From assembly GCF_009914755.1 (NCBI RefSeq), contig NC_060927.1: DNA of 64,000 nucleotides. One strand, written 5' to 3'. Positions 11,701 to 24,503 of the stretch are shown here, piece by piece; position 1 is the stretch's first letter; the number at the start of each line of letters is the position of its first letter. The notes beneath the pieces are model-generated. The model was given only the letters and a program-made list of their open reading frames with translations. It ran no database searches and was not told the DNA's origin. Source of the DNA: the human T2T-CHM13v2.0 reference genome, Homo sapiens. The translations under genes were made by a program, and so were the position numbers.

Positions 11701-12300
11701 TTTTCTCTCAGCTCAGATTTTGAGTCTGCCTCTGAAACATGGGTTTCTGAGTAGGGAAAGGTGGCATGGTAAAAAGGCCAGGATTGAGATGTTCTCTTTT
11801 GACACCATAGTTTTATGGATTCAAGGACCATGAGAAGTGCATCCTACTTCTGCCACTTGTGAAAGCAAATCAAGTGGGTTTTAAGATGACAGCAAGAATG
11901 AAAAGGGAGAAAAAAAAAGTGGGTTTGCTATACTTGTCAAGTGCCTGGATCAAGGAAGGATCAAGGAGGCTTTCTGAGCCCCTTGATTGGTTACCTTTTG
12001 AGCCCTTCCCCAATCATTCCCTAGGCAGAATTTTCTGCATCTTCTAAGTAGAATTTTCCTGGGTGCTTCAGTACAATCCACTTGAGATCCTTGTTCCTCT
12101 GGCCCTTCAACATGGAAGTCCATGAGAGTCCATATTTGCCTTTCCATTGAGAGGTCCCTAATAATTTATCTTTAGGCTGCATCAGCAAGAGTCCCTAGGA
12201 TTCTGTAGGCCTGGCCCCTCTCTTGTTCTGTGAGTCCATGTTGAAGGCCGTGTCCAAGTTGCTTCCTCATCTCCTTGCTGAAAACAAATGCTTCAGGAAA
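8800..12300 (-). mobile_element. Highly degraded Ty3/Gypsy-type pol relic (protease-RT-RNase H), interrupted by an L1PA at 9797-11315
   Basis: Collinear degenerate motifs from manual translation: LDTAFNMDS 12257-12231, LGNDW 12024-12010, KASGIRWSCFD/RALHR 11648-11594, EWESRPQG 11420-11397, HSRGVLQRA 11388-11362, FQGYVII..ESHMPH 9785-9738, LRAVIT 9653-9636, PLTQ 9499-9488, REWMSHLSQW..GALQNAKSMS ~9116-9024. GC content is visibly higher than in the flanks. Confidence 0.5.
9797..11315 (-). mobile_element. L1PA5-like LINE-1, 5'-truncated (~1.5 kb: ORF2 C-terminus, 3'UTR, A-tail)
   Basis: ORF2 C-terminal peptide ([27 protein letters not shown]) at 10153-10644; TSD ggaa(c/t)cattggtc(t/c)tt at 9782-9797 and 11316-11331. 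Confidence 0.97.
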
Positions 12301-14197
12301 GATAGAGACTAGGACTTAGGATGAAAAGGTCAAGTTCTCCTGAGGAAGATTGGGAGCTGGAGGGATGGAGGCTTCCAAAGATCTCTGGGCCTCAGTGGGT
12401 AAATAAAGTCCAGAAACCTTTTAGCTATTTCTGCTGCAGTGCCATTTCAGGCATAGAATTTCAGGTAGGGTGAGAAACTGTACCCATTTCTGGGTTCTAG
12501 GGAGGGATACTCTATAGGCATTAATCTGAGGGAGAGAGGGTTGAAATCTGGCCTCTCAGGTACCTGTGAACCAGACAGAAAGGCAGTAATTAGGGCAAAG
12601 TTGCAGGAAGATGCTGGTGCTGGGCCTTGGGGTGGGAAACAGGTTGCAGCTGAGGAAGCAGTAGGAATTCTTTAGCCTGCATTAGTATTTGGATGGCAAT
12701 GGGCTTTACATTGAATAAACAAAGGGAGACTCTGTTGGGGAACAGCTACCACAGACTAAGACTATCAGCTACAAAGACTCCCTGTGCCCTCCCAGGAGAG
12801 TTAACTTTACTTACACTGCAAATCATGCCCCAAGTTCTTGAGAGTTGGGAGATGCTATGTACACTGCAGCTGCTCTGGTTGCCCTTCAGTGCTCTAGAGG
12901 GACTGAGGATTTTGCCCTGTTCATCATTAAGTAATTCTGTGGAATTCAGAAAATTCAGCCCATAACCTGACCTGAGATGTTTTGGAAATGACCTTTCCTT
13001 CTTTTTTTATTTTCTGAAATCTGAAAATCCAGTTTCTTTATGACTCATATCTTCAAATGCTTATTGACATCCAGGCTAAAAAAGAAAAAGTTGCCAGCTT
13101 CCACATGCAGGGTGTGCCCAGGCAGGGGTCTGTGATGTGTGAAGAGAAAAATGCTCTTGATGTAAAACACAATGTGAGGAGGTAGGGAGGAACAAGTCCT
13201 TCACCGATGCCTGCCGCTAGAAGGCTGACCTGGAAGTTGGGGTCCATGCCTGAGTACCTTCAAACAGAAGAGGCTAACCAGCTGAAGAACTCAGCAGATC
13301 TCTCTGGGATGGTACTCAGTGCAATAACAGGCACAACAGATTGAGTTAACGTGGTATGTGGTAGTGCTGGAATAGAGAGGGTCAGTGTTGTAGGATGTCA
13401 GATAAATGAATCAGTTTGATCCATGGAATGGGCTGAAGGTTGAGAGAGATTGATACCCTGAGAGAGGAGTCAGCCAAGGCCATATTCTTCTCGCCTCCAT
13501 GTTGTCCCTGAAAAACAAAAAAAGAATGAGGGGCTGGAGCCCCATTCTGACTTTCCTCTCTCTAAGCAAGATGGCGCTCTTCATTATTCATGAAAAATAC
13601 GACTTTCCATAGAACTCTGTGTCCATTCCTATGTTATTCATTTTTTTAAAGTGACTAAAATATTTTCTAATGCTCTTTGTGAAACTCTAATAACGAACTT
13701 TCAGTGAGTGATTCTCAGGTTACTCTCTCGTCAGTAGCCTTCAGCCAAGGACGGATGCCAAATTTTAGACCTGTGATTACCGGAGGTTATCATCTGATCT
13801 GATGACTTTAGAGACTCATCATTGCTCCTCAAATCAGTTGTGACACAAAGGCTTGGACCAGTGTCTCCTCATACAGGAAGGTGATGATGAACAAGTGCTG
13901 TGAGACTCTGCTCTCCTGCAGATACCCTGTGCTTTCTTAATAGTCCATTTCAAGGTCACTGAATCAGTGTTTGGGATTCTACCCCAGAGTCCTCTGTGAG
14001 TTTATGTGTGAGCGTTGGCAAGAAGCTTTCTGCCCAACTCTAACCTTTGCCCTGCTCAGTCTGTTCCACTAGAATGATAATGGGCAAATATTTCCTGAGA
14101 CATTTCTTCTCATTGATTTAGTAAAATTCAAAGAATAACAGAAATGACAAAAGTCAATCTAAGCAGTTGGGTGGATCTAGGGTTCCCACATCTGACT

Positions 14198-14218
14198 TGT
14201 GTGTGTGTGTGTGTGTGT
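14198..14218. repeat. (TG)n microsatellite
   Basis: Directly visible. Confidence 0.9.
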
Positions 14219-14699
14219 CTTTGTGTTTTTTTTTTCTGAAATAATGATAAAAAAAGAATTTTTCTAGAGGAAGCACAAAAACAGAAGGAGGTGTCCTACA
14301 CTATACAGGGAAAATAAAATAGATAAAATGCTTCACAAAGTTGAGCTGGAGCTCATCCATGGGCATAAAGGGTCTTTAGGAGCTAGAAAGATTTCTCCTT
14401 TTTTTTTTCTTTTTTTGCATCACATTACTTCCTTTAGAACTGGGTACCAAACATGAATACTCTAGTCTACAGTTCCAGGCCAGCATCTCAGAGCTACGGG
14501 ACAGTCTGCATGGGTGGTAGGTGGGAGGGCAGTAAAAGATGAAGTTACAGGACCCCCATTCTCCATTCATCCTAGCAGATCTCACCATCCATCCTGAGCC
14601 TATTACATTTCTACAGCTTTCTTTGGGCTTGCTATTTTCTAAATTCAACCTTGCAGCATAGTGCATACATTGGTATACAGCTTAAGGTGAGGACTTTAT

Positions 14700-14700
<1 letters not shown>

Positions 14701-14737
<37 letters not shown>

Positions 14738-14776
14738 ACACACACATAAATATATATCTCGTACACACACACACAC
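14701..14776. repeat. (CA)n compound microsatellite
   Basis: Directly visible. Confidence 0.95.
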
Positions 14777-14980
14777 CACTACCTTAGTACAATTTTCTAT
14801 ACAGTTCACATATATTCAGATATTAGCTGGGCTGGTCTTTACGTCTGAAGTTCTTGACTTTCACCTCACCAGTTCAAGACCCTTGAAAGTCTTGAGTTTT
14901 CAAGGAATTTTTCTGATTTCCCAGGGCTTGACTCTCTCAGAATCTCCTCTATCCTCATCTCAAGCTTACTGGCATAATGT

Positions 14981-15130
14981 ATTTTTGTTTTTGTTTTTAT
15001 TTGGTTTTGAAGAGATGGGGTCTGTCTTGCTATGTTGCCCAGGCTGGCCTCGAACTCCTGGGCTCAAGCGATCCTCCTGCCTCAGCCTTCCTAGTAGCTG
15101 TGACTACAGGCACGTGGAACCATGCCCAAC
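14981..15130 (-). mobile_element. FLAM (free left Alu monomer)
   Basis: Single Alu monomer with T-tail; TSD ataatgt(a/g)tttt on both sides. Confidence 0.85.
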
Positions 15131-15590
15131 TTATAATGTGTTTTTAATGTGGCTTTTTTTTTTTTGGCATTAACCCAGACATAGAACTCAACTACCAGAT
15201 TATTCTCAAGTTTACCCAAAATAATCTATTTTCACAAGGAAACCATTACTGATCAGTATAGCCCCTACATTAAAGGTTTTATAAGTGATACAAGCTGGAG
15301 AAAGGTGGGAGCACACCCCGTAGTAGACAATTTAAAAGCCATTCTTAGTAATTGTCCTCTATGTCCCTTTTGGGCTGCTTTGACCAGAGACCTCTCAAAC
15401 CTCCCTTCTGTACTCATGTGGTGCCGCCACTAGGTTGATCCCTCTCTTCCATGACACCTCTAGCCCGTAAATATTTAACTTTTTTTTATTAGCTAGTCAT
15501 ACTGGGCAATTCAGGTCTTCCAAGTTCAGGCCCCAACTGCCTACAACTGAATTGGAAAGTGAGTGAGGTTATCTATTTAACAAAATTCTA

Positions 15591-15592
15591 TG

Positions 15593-15624
<32 letters not shown>

Positions 15625-16564
15625 TACACACACATATATATTTATTATACTTTAAGTTCTAGGGTACATGTGCACAACATGAGGTTTGTTACATATGTAT
15701 GCATGTGCCATGTTGGTGTGCTGCACCCATTAACTTGTCATTTACATTAGGTATATCTCCTAATGCTATGCCTCCCCCCTCCCCCCACTCCACAACAGGC
15801 CCCAGTGTCTGATGTTCCCCTTCCTGTGTCCAAGTGTTCTTATTGTTCAGTTCCCACCTATGAGTGAGAAAATGCGGTGTTTGGTTTTTTGTCCTTGTGA
15901 TGGTTTGCTGAGAATGATGGTTTCCAGCTTCATCCATGTCCCTACAAAGGACATGAACTCATCCTTTTTTATGGCTGCATAGTATTCCATGGTGTATATG
16001 TGCCACATTTTCTTAATCCAGTCTATCATTGATGGACATTTGGGTTGGTTCCAAGTCTTTGCTATTGTGAATAGTGCCACAGTAAACATACGTGTGCATG
16101 TGTCTTTATAGCAGCATGATTTATATTCCTTTGGGTGTATACCCATTAATGGGATTGCTGGGTCAAATGGTATTTCTAGTTCTAGATCCTTGAGGAATCG
16201 CCACACTGTCTTCCACAATGGTTGAACTAGTTTACAGTCCCACCAACAGTGTAAAAGTGTTCCTATTTCTCCACATCCTCTCCAGCACCTGTTGTTTCCT
16301 GACTTTTTAATGATCTCCATTGTAACTGGTGGAATGGGATCTAATTAAACTAAAGAGCTTCTGCACAGCAAAAGAAACTACCATCAGAGTGAATAGGCAA
16401 CCTGCAGAATGGGAGAAAATTTTTGCAATCTACTCATCTGACAAAGGGCTAATATTCAGAATCTACAAAGAACTCAAACAAATTTACAAGAAAAAAACAA
16501 ACAACCCCATCAAAAAGTGGGCAAAGGATATGAACAGACACTTCGCAAAAGAAGACATTTATGC
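15591..16564 (-). mobile_element. L1PA5-like LINE-1 with 5' inversion (twin priming); tail converted to (TA)/(CA) repeat
   Basis: 15641-16330 is the antisense 3' end; 16331-16564 is a sense ORF2 piece ([14 protein letters not shown]...EDIYA); TSD caaaattcta at 15581-15590 and 16564-16573. Confidence 0.95.
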
Positions 16565-17537
16565 AAAATTCTACTTCTTGTGAGAGCAGTTGGAGTTATA
16601 CAGAGCAATATTTTGATTTGTTTTGAGCTACACTCATGTTTACTTGCTCTGTGAATGGCTTACTGATTTTTCTCTTCTACTTTCTAACTTTACACCAAAA
16701 CCACTATTAGCTCCCCACTATTTAAAAAAAATAAATAATGAGGTCAAACATTTGTTGTTGTCATGGGCGACATGGTGTGTACTGGTGTGGGTGTGAGAGT
16801 GTGTATGTGTGTTTTGGTGTGTGATCCAGGCATATAATAGACTTCTAATACAGCTTCACTATTAAGATGACAACTGCTGAAATTCAGTACTGCCTTTTGC
16901 CCTCTCTCTGATTTCCTTATTTCTCTCTTAGTGTATCAGCCATGGGAAGACCCAATCTTTCCCTTACTTATGATGCATCTTTACTGGAGTTGACAGCTCC
17001 TTTCTTTGCCCATATTCTCCTGCAACACAAGTTTGTCCATAGTTCCATCCCCTGAGAAAACTTAGACTTCAAGCTGTACCCCCTTATCTATTATCTCTTC
17101 AGTACAGAATTTCATTCTTTTTGGAAAATTCCCTCCACATATCCTAGCATCTATGGCATTGTCATTTGTGGACTGATCTGGCCCTGACTTGTCCTAAAGC
17201 CTCATTACTCTTCTATTAAAAAAATACCTTCTAACTTTGAAGGAGAAGGAAAAAAAAAAGCCACTCCTGATAGAGAACATCAGGGTGATAGAAGGGACTA
17301 TAAAAATGGCTCATCAACTTTATTCTTCAAAAGTATCACTATAATGGAAGAAAAAAATGCTGGAAACTTTTACTGGTTAAAGGATACTGTAGTAAAGAGA
17401 TGTGATAACTAAGTGCAGTATGTGGCCATAGACTGGATCTTGAAGTGGAAGATGTACAGTGTTGTAAGGCATATTACTGGGTGAATTAACAACACTGAAA
17501 CACAGCCAGCAGATTAGATAACATTTCTGTACAAATA

Positions 17538-17919
17538 TAATCATGCACCACATAATGATGTTTCTGTCAGTAATGCATCACATATGCATGACTATGGCCC
17601 CATAAGATTATAATGCATCACATATGCATGACTATGGCCCCATAAGATTATAATACTGTATTTTTACTGTATCTTTTCTACGTTTAAATTTGTTTAGATA
17701 CACAAATAACATTGTGTTACAGTTGCCCACAGTATTTGGGACAGTCACATGCTATACAGGTTTGCAGCCTAGGAGCAATATGCTATCCCATCTAGCCTAG
17801 GTGTGTAGTAGGCTATATCATTTAGGTTTGTGTAAATACACTCTATAATATTCCCACAATGATAAAATTGCTTAATGATACATTTCTCAAAACACATCCT
17901 TGTGAAGTGATGTGTGACT
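17538..17919. mobile_element. Tigger3a-like MITE (TcMar-Tigger)
   Basis: tcatgcaccacataatgatgtttc...cataagattataatactgtatttttactg...cctaggagcaata.gcta...gtgactc; degenerate TIRs. Confidence 0.85.
17571..17654. repeat. Perfect 40-bp tandem duplication inside Tigger3a
   Basis: taatgcatcacatatgcatgactatggccccataagatta x2, followed by taat. Confidence 0.97.
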
Positions 17920-18081
17920 CTTTTCAGTTCAATGAAGTTAGTAACTGTACTATGGGTACATAAAAAAATGTCCCTGTTTAGAGGAAATACTGAAATATCT
18001 AGATATAAGGTTCATCATCATGTTGTCTGTCTCAAATGTTCAGGGAAAATAATTATATGTATAATTATAGAAAGTGAATGG

Positions 18082-18399
<318 letters not shown>

Positions 18400-18416
18400 T
18401 TATATTAATAATAAAT

Positions 18417-18864
18417 TGTTATTGGTTGAATTGTGTCCTTCCAAAAAAGATATTTTGAAATCCTCACCACCCGTCCCTCAGAATATGACTTTATTTGTAA
18501 ATAGGATTGTTGCATGCGTAATTAATTTACATAATGTCATAGTGGAGTAGGGTGGGCCCCCAACCCAATATGATTGGCATCATTATAAGGAGAGGGCCAC
18601 GCAAAGATTGACAGGCAGGCAAAATGCCATGTGAAAACAGAGGCAGATATTGGAGTTATGGAGCTGCAAGCCAAGGAATGCCAAAGTTTGTTAGCAAACC
18701 ACCAGAAGCTATGAAGAAGTTTTCGTGACAAATTTTAGAGGGAGCATGGCCCTGCTCACACCTTGATTTCAGACTTCTAGCCTCTGGAACTGTGAGACAA
18801 TAAACTCTGTTGTTTTAAGCCACCCAATTTGTAGTACTTGGTTGCTGCAGTCCTGGAAACTATA
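18417..18864 (+). mobile_element. MLT1C-like MaLR solo LTR
   Basis: tgttat.ggttgaattgtgtcc..caaaaaagata...agccaaggaatgccaa...gagggagcatggccctgc..acaccttgatttcagacttctagcct...aactgtgagacaataaa. Confidence 0.85.
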
Positions 18865-18874
18865 TATATATATT

Positions 18875-19411
18875 TAGATTATAGTCACCTTGCTGTGCGG
18901 TAGATCTCAAAACCTATTCTTCCTCCAGTCTATCTGAGACTTTATATCCTTTGATCCCCATTCCCTCCTTCCCTACACTTGCAGTCTCTGGGAACTATCC
19001 TACTATCCTTATACTCTCTGCTTCTGTGAGTTCAACTTTTTTAGATTCCACGTGTTAGTGAGATTATACAGTGTTTGTTATTCTATGCCGGGATCATTTC
19101 ACTTAGCATGACATCCTCCAGATTTATCCATGTTGTCAGAAATGACAGGATTTCATTCTTTTTCATGTCTGAATAGTATTCCATTGTCTACATATTCCAC
19201 ATTTTCTTTATCTGTTCACCCATTGATGGATACTTAGCTTGATTACATATTGTAGCCATTGTGAAAAATGCTTCAATGAACACGGGAGTGAAGATGTTCC
19301 TTTGATGTATTGTTTCAGTTCCTTTGGATATATAACCAGCGGTGGTATATATTCCTGGATAATATGGCAGTTCTATTTTTAGTTTTTCAAGGAACCTCCA
19401 TATTGTTTTCC
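18875..19411 (-). mobile_element. L1MA-type 3' fragment
   Basis: gagttcaacttttttagattccac...aatgacaggatttcattcttttt...ggaacctccata.tgttttcc; the ORF at 19188-19475 resembles the ORF2 C-terminus. Confidence 0.8.
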
Positions 19412-20662
19412 TTAATATTTGGAAATAACTGCTATTCTGATGCAATATAGAATTTTGTAGCCTAAGATAAGACATATGGGAGGGAAATTAGCATGTGTTT
19501 CTAAGTTTGGTTACCTACACAGGAAGAGAAATATTCAACACCTTTACATGTTTGGCACTTGTTCTGATTCCAGAATATCGGTAAGCCCACCACTGACAAG
19601 TGTCACTCTGGGAATCACATGGCTATTCTATTCCTGGAGGTTTGCCATCAAAAACAAAGGAGCTTGGCTTCCTAATATTTTAAGAGAAAATATTCCGTGA
19701 CACTTAGTTACCTAGTTTGGCTTGAAGCAGCCTAAAGCATCTTCTAAATGAACTTATTTCTGGAGATGGAATTACATTCTTGGCAGGAAATAAAAGAAGT
19801 CAACTTTCTCTGTGAATTTTCAGTAAGGATTGTGGCATTACCTTATATATTGTTAAGCTTTTGATAAATACTCACATGTTTGTCTGATCCATTTTTGAGT
19901 ATAAACTTCTGGAAAAAATCTAGAGATGATATAGAAATAAATAAACTTCTGCAGGTCCTATAACCCATGGTATCTATGCTTAATGAAAATTCAGAAGACC
20001 CTAATTTATACAAAGCTGTTATGTCATCTCCTAATTATATTCTGTAAAGGGAACAGGCTGGAATTGATGTCTCTTTGCTGTTTTTCAGATACTCTGACTT
20101 TTTTGTGTTATTTGGAAAGGACTGATATGAGGTATGTGTGTGAAGTGCTGATTGTGGAGAGAATTTTCAAAAGTGGTGTGAGAGTGTTTGTTGACATGGC
20201 CAACTTTATATTTTTACTTTTCTGTGAACCCTACTGTGAATCCTGGCTTCTATCATGGACTTTAAAATCTTTTACTTAAAGTATAATCTGAGAACATATT
20301 TGTTCTTTTATTCATTGGTTGGTTGGTTCAATAGACTCTTTGTGCATTTGTTCAATCCTTCATTTTATCATTTCTTCATCACTTAATTATACGGCCAATA
20401 CAGAAAGTATTTATTGAGCATCTACTATAGTGCTAGTCATGTAACCTCTGATTTATTTTCCACAATTTTTGTTGGTACCATTCATTCATCATTCAACAGT
20501 TACTAGTACGTACCCTATACCAAGCATAAAGAAATATAGACAAGGGATCTTGCTGGAAGGCCGTTGGCTTTGTTGACTGGGGTGTGTTATGTGTGAATCA
20601 CTCCTATCTTGTTTATGCTCTAAGCAGTGATCCATTTCTATCCTATGAAAAAGAAATGCCTG

Positions 20663-20977
20663 GGCCGGGCACGGTGGCTCGCTCCTGTAATCCCAGCACT
20701 TTGGAAGGCCGAGGTGGGCAGATCTTATGAGGTCGGAAGTTCGAGACCAGCCTGACCAACATGGAGAAACCTCGTCTCTACTAAAAATACAAAATTAGCC
20801 AGGCATGGTGGTGCATGCCTGTAATCCCAGCTACTCAGGAAGGCTAAGGCAGGAGAATCGCTTGAACCCAGGAGGCAGAGGTTACGGTGAGCCGAGATCA
20901 TGCCACTGCAGTCCAGCTTGGGCAACAAGAGCGAAACTCGGTCTCACCAGAAAAAAAAAAAAAAAAAAAAGAAGAAG
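20663..20977 (+). mobile_element. AluSp
   Basis: Diagnostic gtcgg.agttcgagaccagcctgaccaacatggagaaacc and ggcaacaagagcgaaactc; TSD aagaaatgcctg at 20651-20662 and 20978-20989. Confidence 0.93.
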
Positions 20978-21319
20978 AAGAAATGCCTGGACTCAGAACT
21001 ATTTCATTAGCAAATCAAGGAAGAAACTTTCTTGAAGTTATAGCGACTATTAAGGAACCTTTACAATTTGGCATCACTTCCCTAGTTCTCTCTTCTCCAT
21101 ACTGGCCCTGGGCCTCTACTGCTCTTTCTAGCTTTCTGCGGATGCTCTGTTTACCTGGATTCATCCTGTGTATGTAGTGGAGGGTGATGGCACACTTTTA
21201 AACTGCAAAAGCTGTCATTTTCTTTTCATTCTTTCTTGATTTGCTAGCCGGAATTAATTGATATACATTTATGAAAGAAGAAGCAGGAAAGAATCCGTAT
21301 GAATTATTCTGCATTTACA

Positions 21320-21550
21320 ATTTATTGAGTACATATCATGTGCCAGGATCATAGTTCAGTGCCTTAATGCACTACATTTCTGGTAATCTGCAATATAATC
21401 CTGTGGGGATAGGAGTTGCTTTTTTCATTTTATAAATGGGAAGATGGAGACTCATAGGCTTTGTCAGTCTTCCATGTTAAAATATCTCATCAATGGTCAG
21501 ATCTGGATTTGAATTTCATGTTTTCTGGCATAAATTTTCTGCTTTCAGCT
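21320..21550 (-). mobile_element. MIR SINE
   Basis: ttattgagtac.tatcatgtgccagg...cattttataaatgggaa.atggagactca...ctggatttgaa. Confidence 0.65.
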
Positions 21551-21633
21551 GTATCCTAAATAAAAAATACCAGTCTTGTGAAAAAATGAGAGATGATGGA
21601 TATAGATACATACTTTTTAAACTAGAGAATTCT

Positions 21634-21997
<364 letters not shown>

Positions 21998-23469
21998 TCA
22001 GTTTCAGCACATGGGGTTCCTGATTAGTGACAAATTCATATTGAACCATAAATCTGTAATACTGTCATACAAGGAGTAAAATGTAGTTGTCTTCTTGCTA
22101 ATGCTCCTTGGAAAGTTTCAGTCTTTTCCTATTAACTTGGTTGCTCTCAGTTTTATTACCATTTGAAATATATATCTTCTCATATCACAGCAAAAAATAA
22201 TGACTTTGGATGATGAGTCGTTTTAATGTTTGAACAGAATTACACATAGAATTCAAACTGTTGTCAGCTTTCAAGTTTGTATTATGCTGTTTCCTAGCAG
22301 GTACATGCAGACTGAAAGTATTTGTATCATGATGATTTTTACTAACTTTACAGTAATTTTACTTATGACTTTACTTATGGTTGTGAAATCATACAGAGAT
22401 ATGTTATATCAGAATGTCAAAATGCTTGTTTTAATTAAGATCCCAGAAAATATTTATTTCCAAATATCCAAATTTATAAATAACTTTGGAGCTCTGAATT
22501 AGCATAAAATCAGTCAAGAAGAAAAAGAGAGTATAAAAAAATAAAATATATTTCCTCCTCTCCCTTCCCCATCATCAGGGACTTTCATAGAATATACTCG
22601 AGACTTAATCTGCTTCATTTTGAATTTCATTTTCAAAGCTATTTCTTTTTCAGGCTGCCCATTACACTTTATTTGAAAACCAGCTCTTATCATTTAGTCA
22701 TTATTGTCACAGATCCCAAGTTCTTAAATTATGCTCATCACAAAAGATACTAGTTTTATGTTCTCATCCCATTCAGGGGCTATTCCAATATACCAGCCGA
22801 GGGCCACATTGGTGACATTCAGCACAGATGACAGCTTTTGTTCTGAGCAGGCACACAAAGAAATGACTGGGGAAGCCGAATCATCGTTTCACTAAGGCAA
22901 GGAAGAAGTGTCTTTCTGGGTCATGCAGCCCATGGCCAAGAGATGTCAGAATACCTACAGCAAACATATAAGCAGTATAATTAGCTCATTGTCTCTAGCT
23001 GGGAGGAATTCCCCCTCACTTGGCATTATTAATCCAGACCTCCTAAAGGCCAAAGTGTTGATAGCCTGCAGTTTGCTGAAATACATATTGAACTATGCAT
23101 TCTTCAAAATGCAGCTTTAGCTAACCTCCTGCATGAAGGATTCTGTGACTCCACCCTCTACTTCCTTCTTCCCAGTTGTATTATGTTCCTACCACTATTC
23201 TGGCATTTCTCACGTGTACTTTTAAAGTGTGTGTGTGTCTCTGTGTGTGTGTGTGACTCTCTTTTTGATTGTGAGTTTTTCTACTGCAGAGATCCCTCCG
23301 TACCTTCTCTCCCCCTGTCCCTACCATATTTTTATTATAAATATTTTTATAGATTGATAGCTTTGAAATGATTGGATTTTAGCAGTATAATAGAATGAAA
23401 CACCTGGATTCTGCTTCTGACTCCATGAGTACAGGGAGTCATTGAATAATGATTCGTTATTATTTAATG

Positions 23470-24200
23470 CTTTTATTTAACATGTGCTAATTGAGTGCCT
23501 CCTATGTGCCAAACTGTTCTGGTGCTGGGAATATAGTGATGAACAAAATAGTCAAAATATAGACAAGACACCGCTGTTCTCCTAGAGTGTGCATTTCTGT
23601 GAAGAAGACAGACAGTAAATAACATAGCATGTAAATAATCAAGACAAACAGCCAATACATGGTATGCAGAGAATTAAAACAGGAAATGTGTAAGTTGTTA
23701 CTTTAGGTTAGGTAGTTGGTGTAGCTGAGATCTGAAGAAACCACCAATGAAGGTTAAGGACGTTCTTAACAGAGGGAATAACTTGTGTAGAGACTCCAAA
23801 GTGGCAATGAACTTGTCATATTCTAAGCATATGAAGGTCATTGTGATGAGTATGTTGGATGAAGATGAGCTATCAGAGAAATAAAAAAGATGAGTGGTTT
23901 GGATTTTATTCTTGATGCAATGGGACAGCATTGGAGACTTTAAGCTGCACAAGGTTATGATTTAGTTTATTTTAAAAACATTACCCCTGCAGTATGTAAA
24001 GAATGGATTCACGAGGATAAAGAGATGGTAGGGATCCTCCGTAGGAAGTTATTACTGTAGCCCAAGCAAGAGATGATTCATTGTTCTATGTGGTGGTAGT
24101 AGAGATGGAGATGGGTGGATAGATTTTGAGATATGTTTGAGATAGAGTTAAAGATGTGCTGATGGTTTGGAGAAGTTAAGTAAGGGGAGAAATCAAAGTC
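23470..24200 (-). mobile_element. L2 (L2a) 3' fragment
   Basis: attgagtgcctcctatgtgcca..ctgttct.ggtgctgggaatatagtgatgaacaa...tttggattttattct..tgcaatggga...ccaagcaagagatgat. Confidence 0.8.
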
Positions 24201-24273
24201 TTAGTAAACTTTGGTAAGTCACTTAAATATTTCTAGTAACAGGCCCTTCATAAAATGGGGATTACAGATAAAT

Positions 24274-24503
24274 CACTGGTTCCCAACTGAGAGCAACTTT
24301 GCTCCTCTCTGTTTCCTCCCGGGACATTTGGCAATTTCTGGAGGCATTTTTAGTTGTTTATGTGTGTTGAGGGGGAGGGGTTCTATTACTAACATTGGTA
24401 AGTACAACCCAGGGTCCAAAACATCTTACAATGTACAGGACCACCCCTTCAACAAAGAATGATCTAGCCCAAAGGTCAATAGTGCCAAGGTTGAGAAACC
24501 CTG
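24274..24503. mobile_element. MER20 (hAT-Charlie) inserted in a MIR (~24205-24600)
   Basis: gggacatttggcaat.tctggag.cattttt...caacaaagaatgatctagcccaaa.gtcaatagtgccaaggttgagaaaccctg. Confidence 0.85.
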
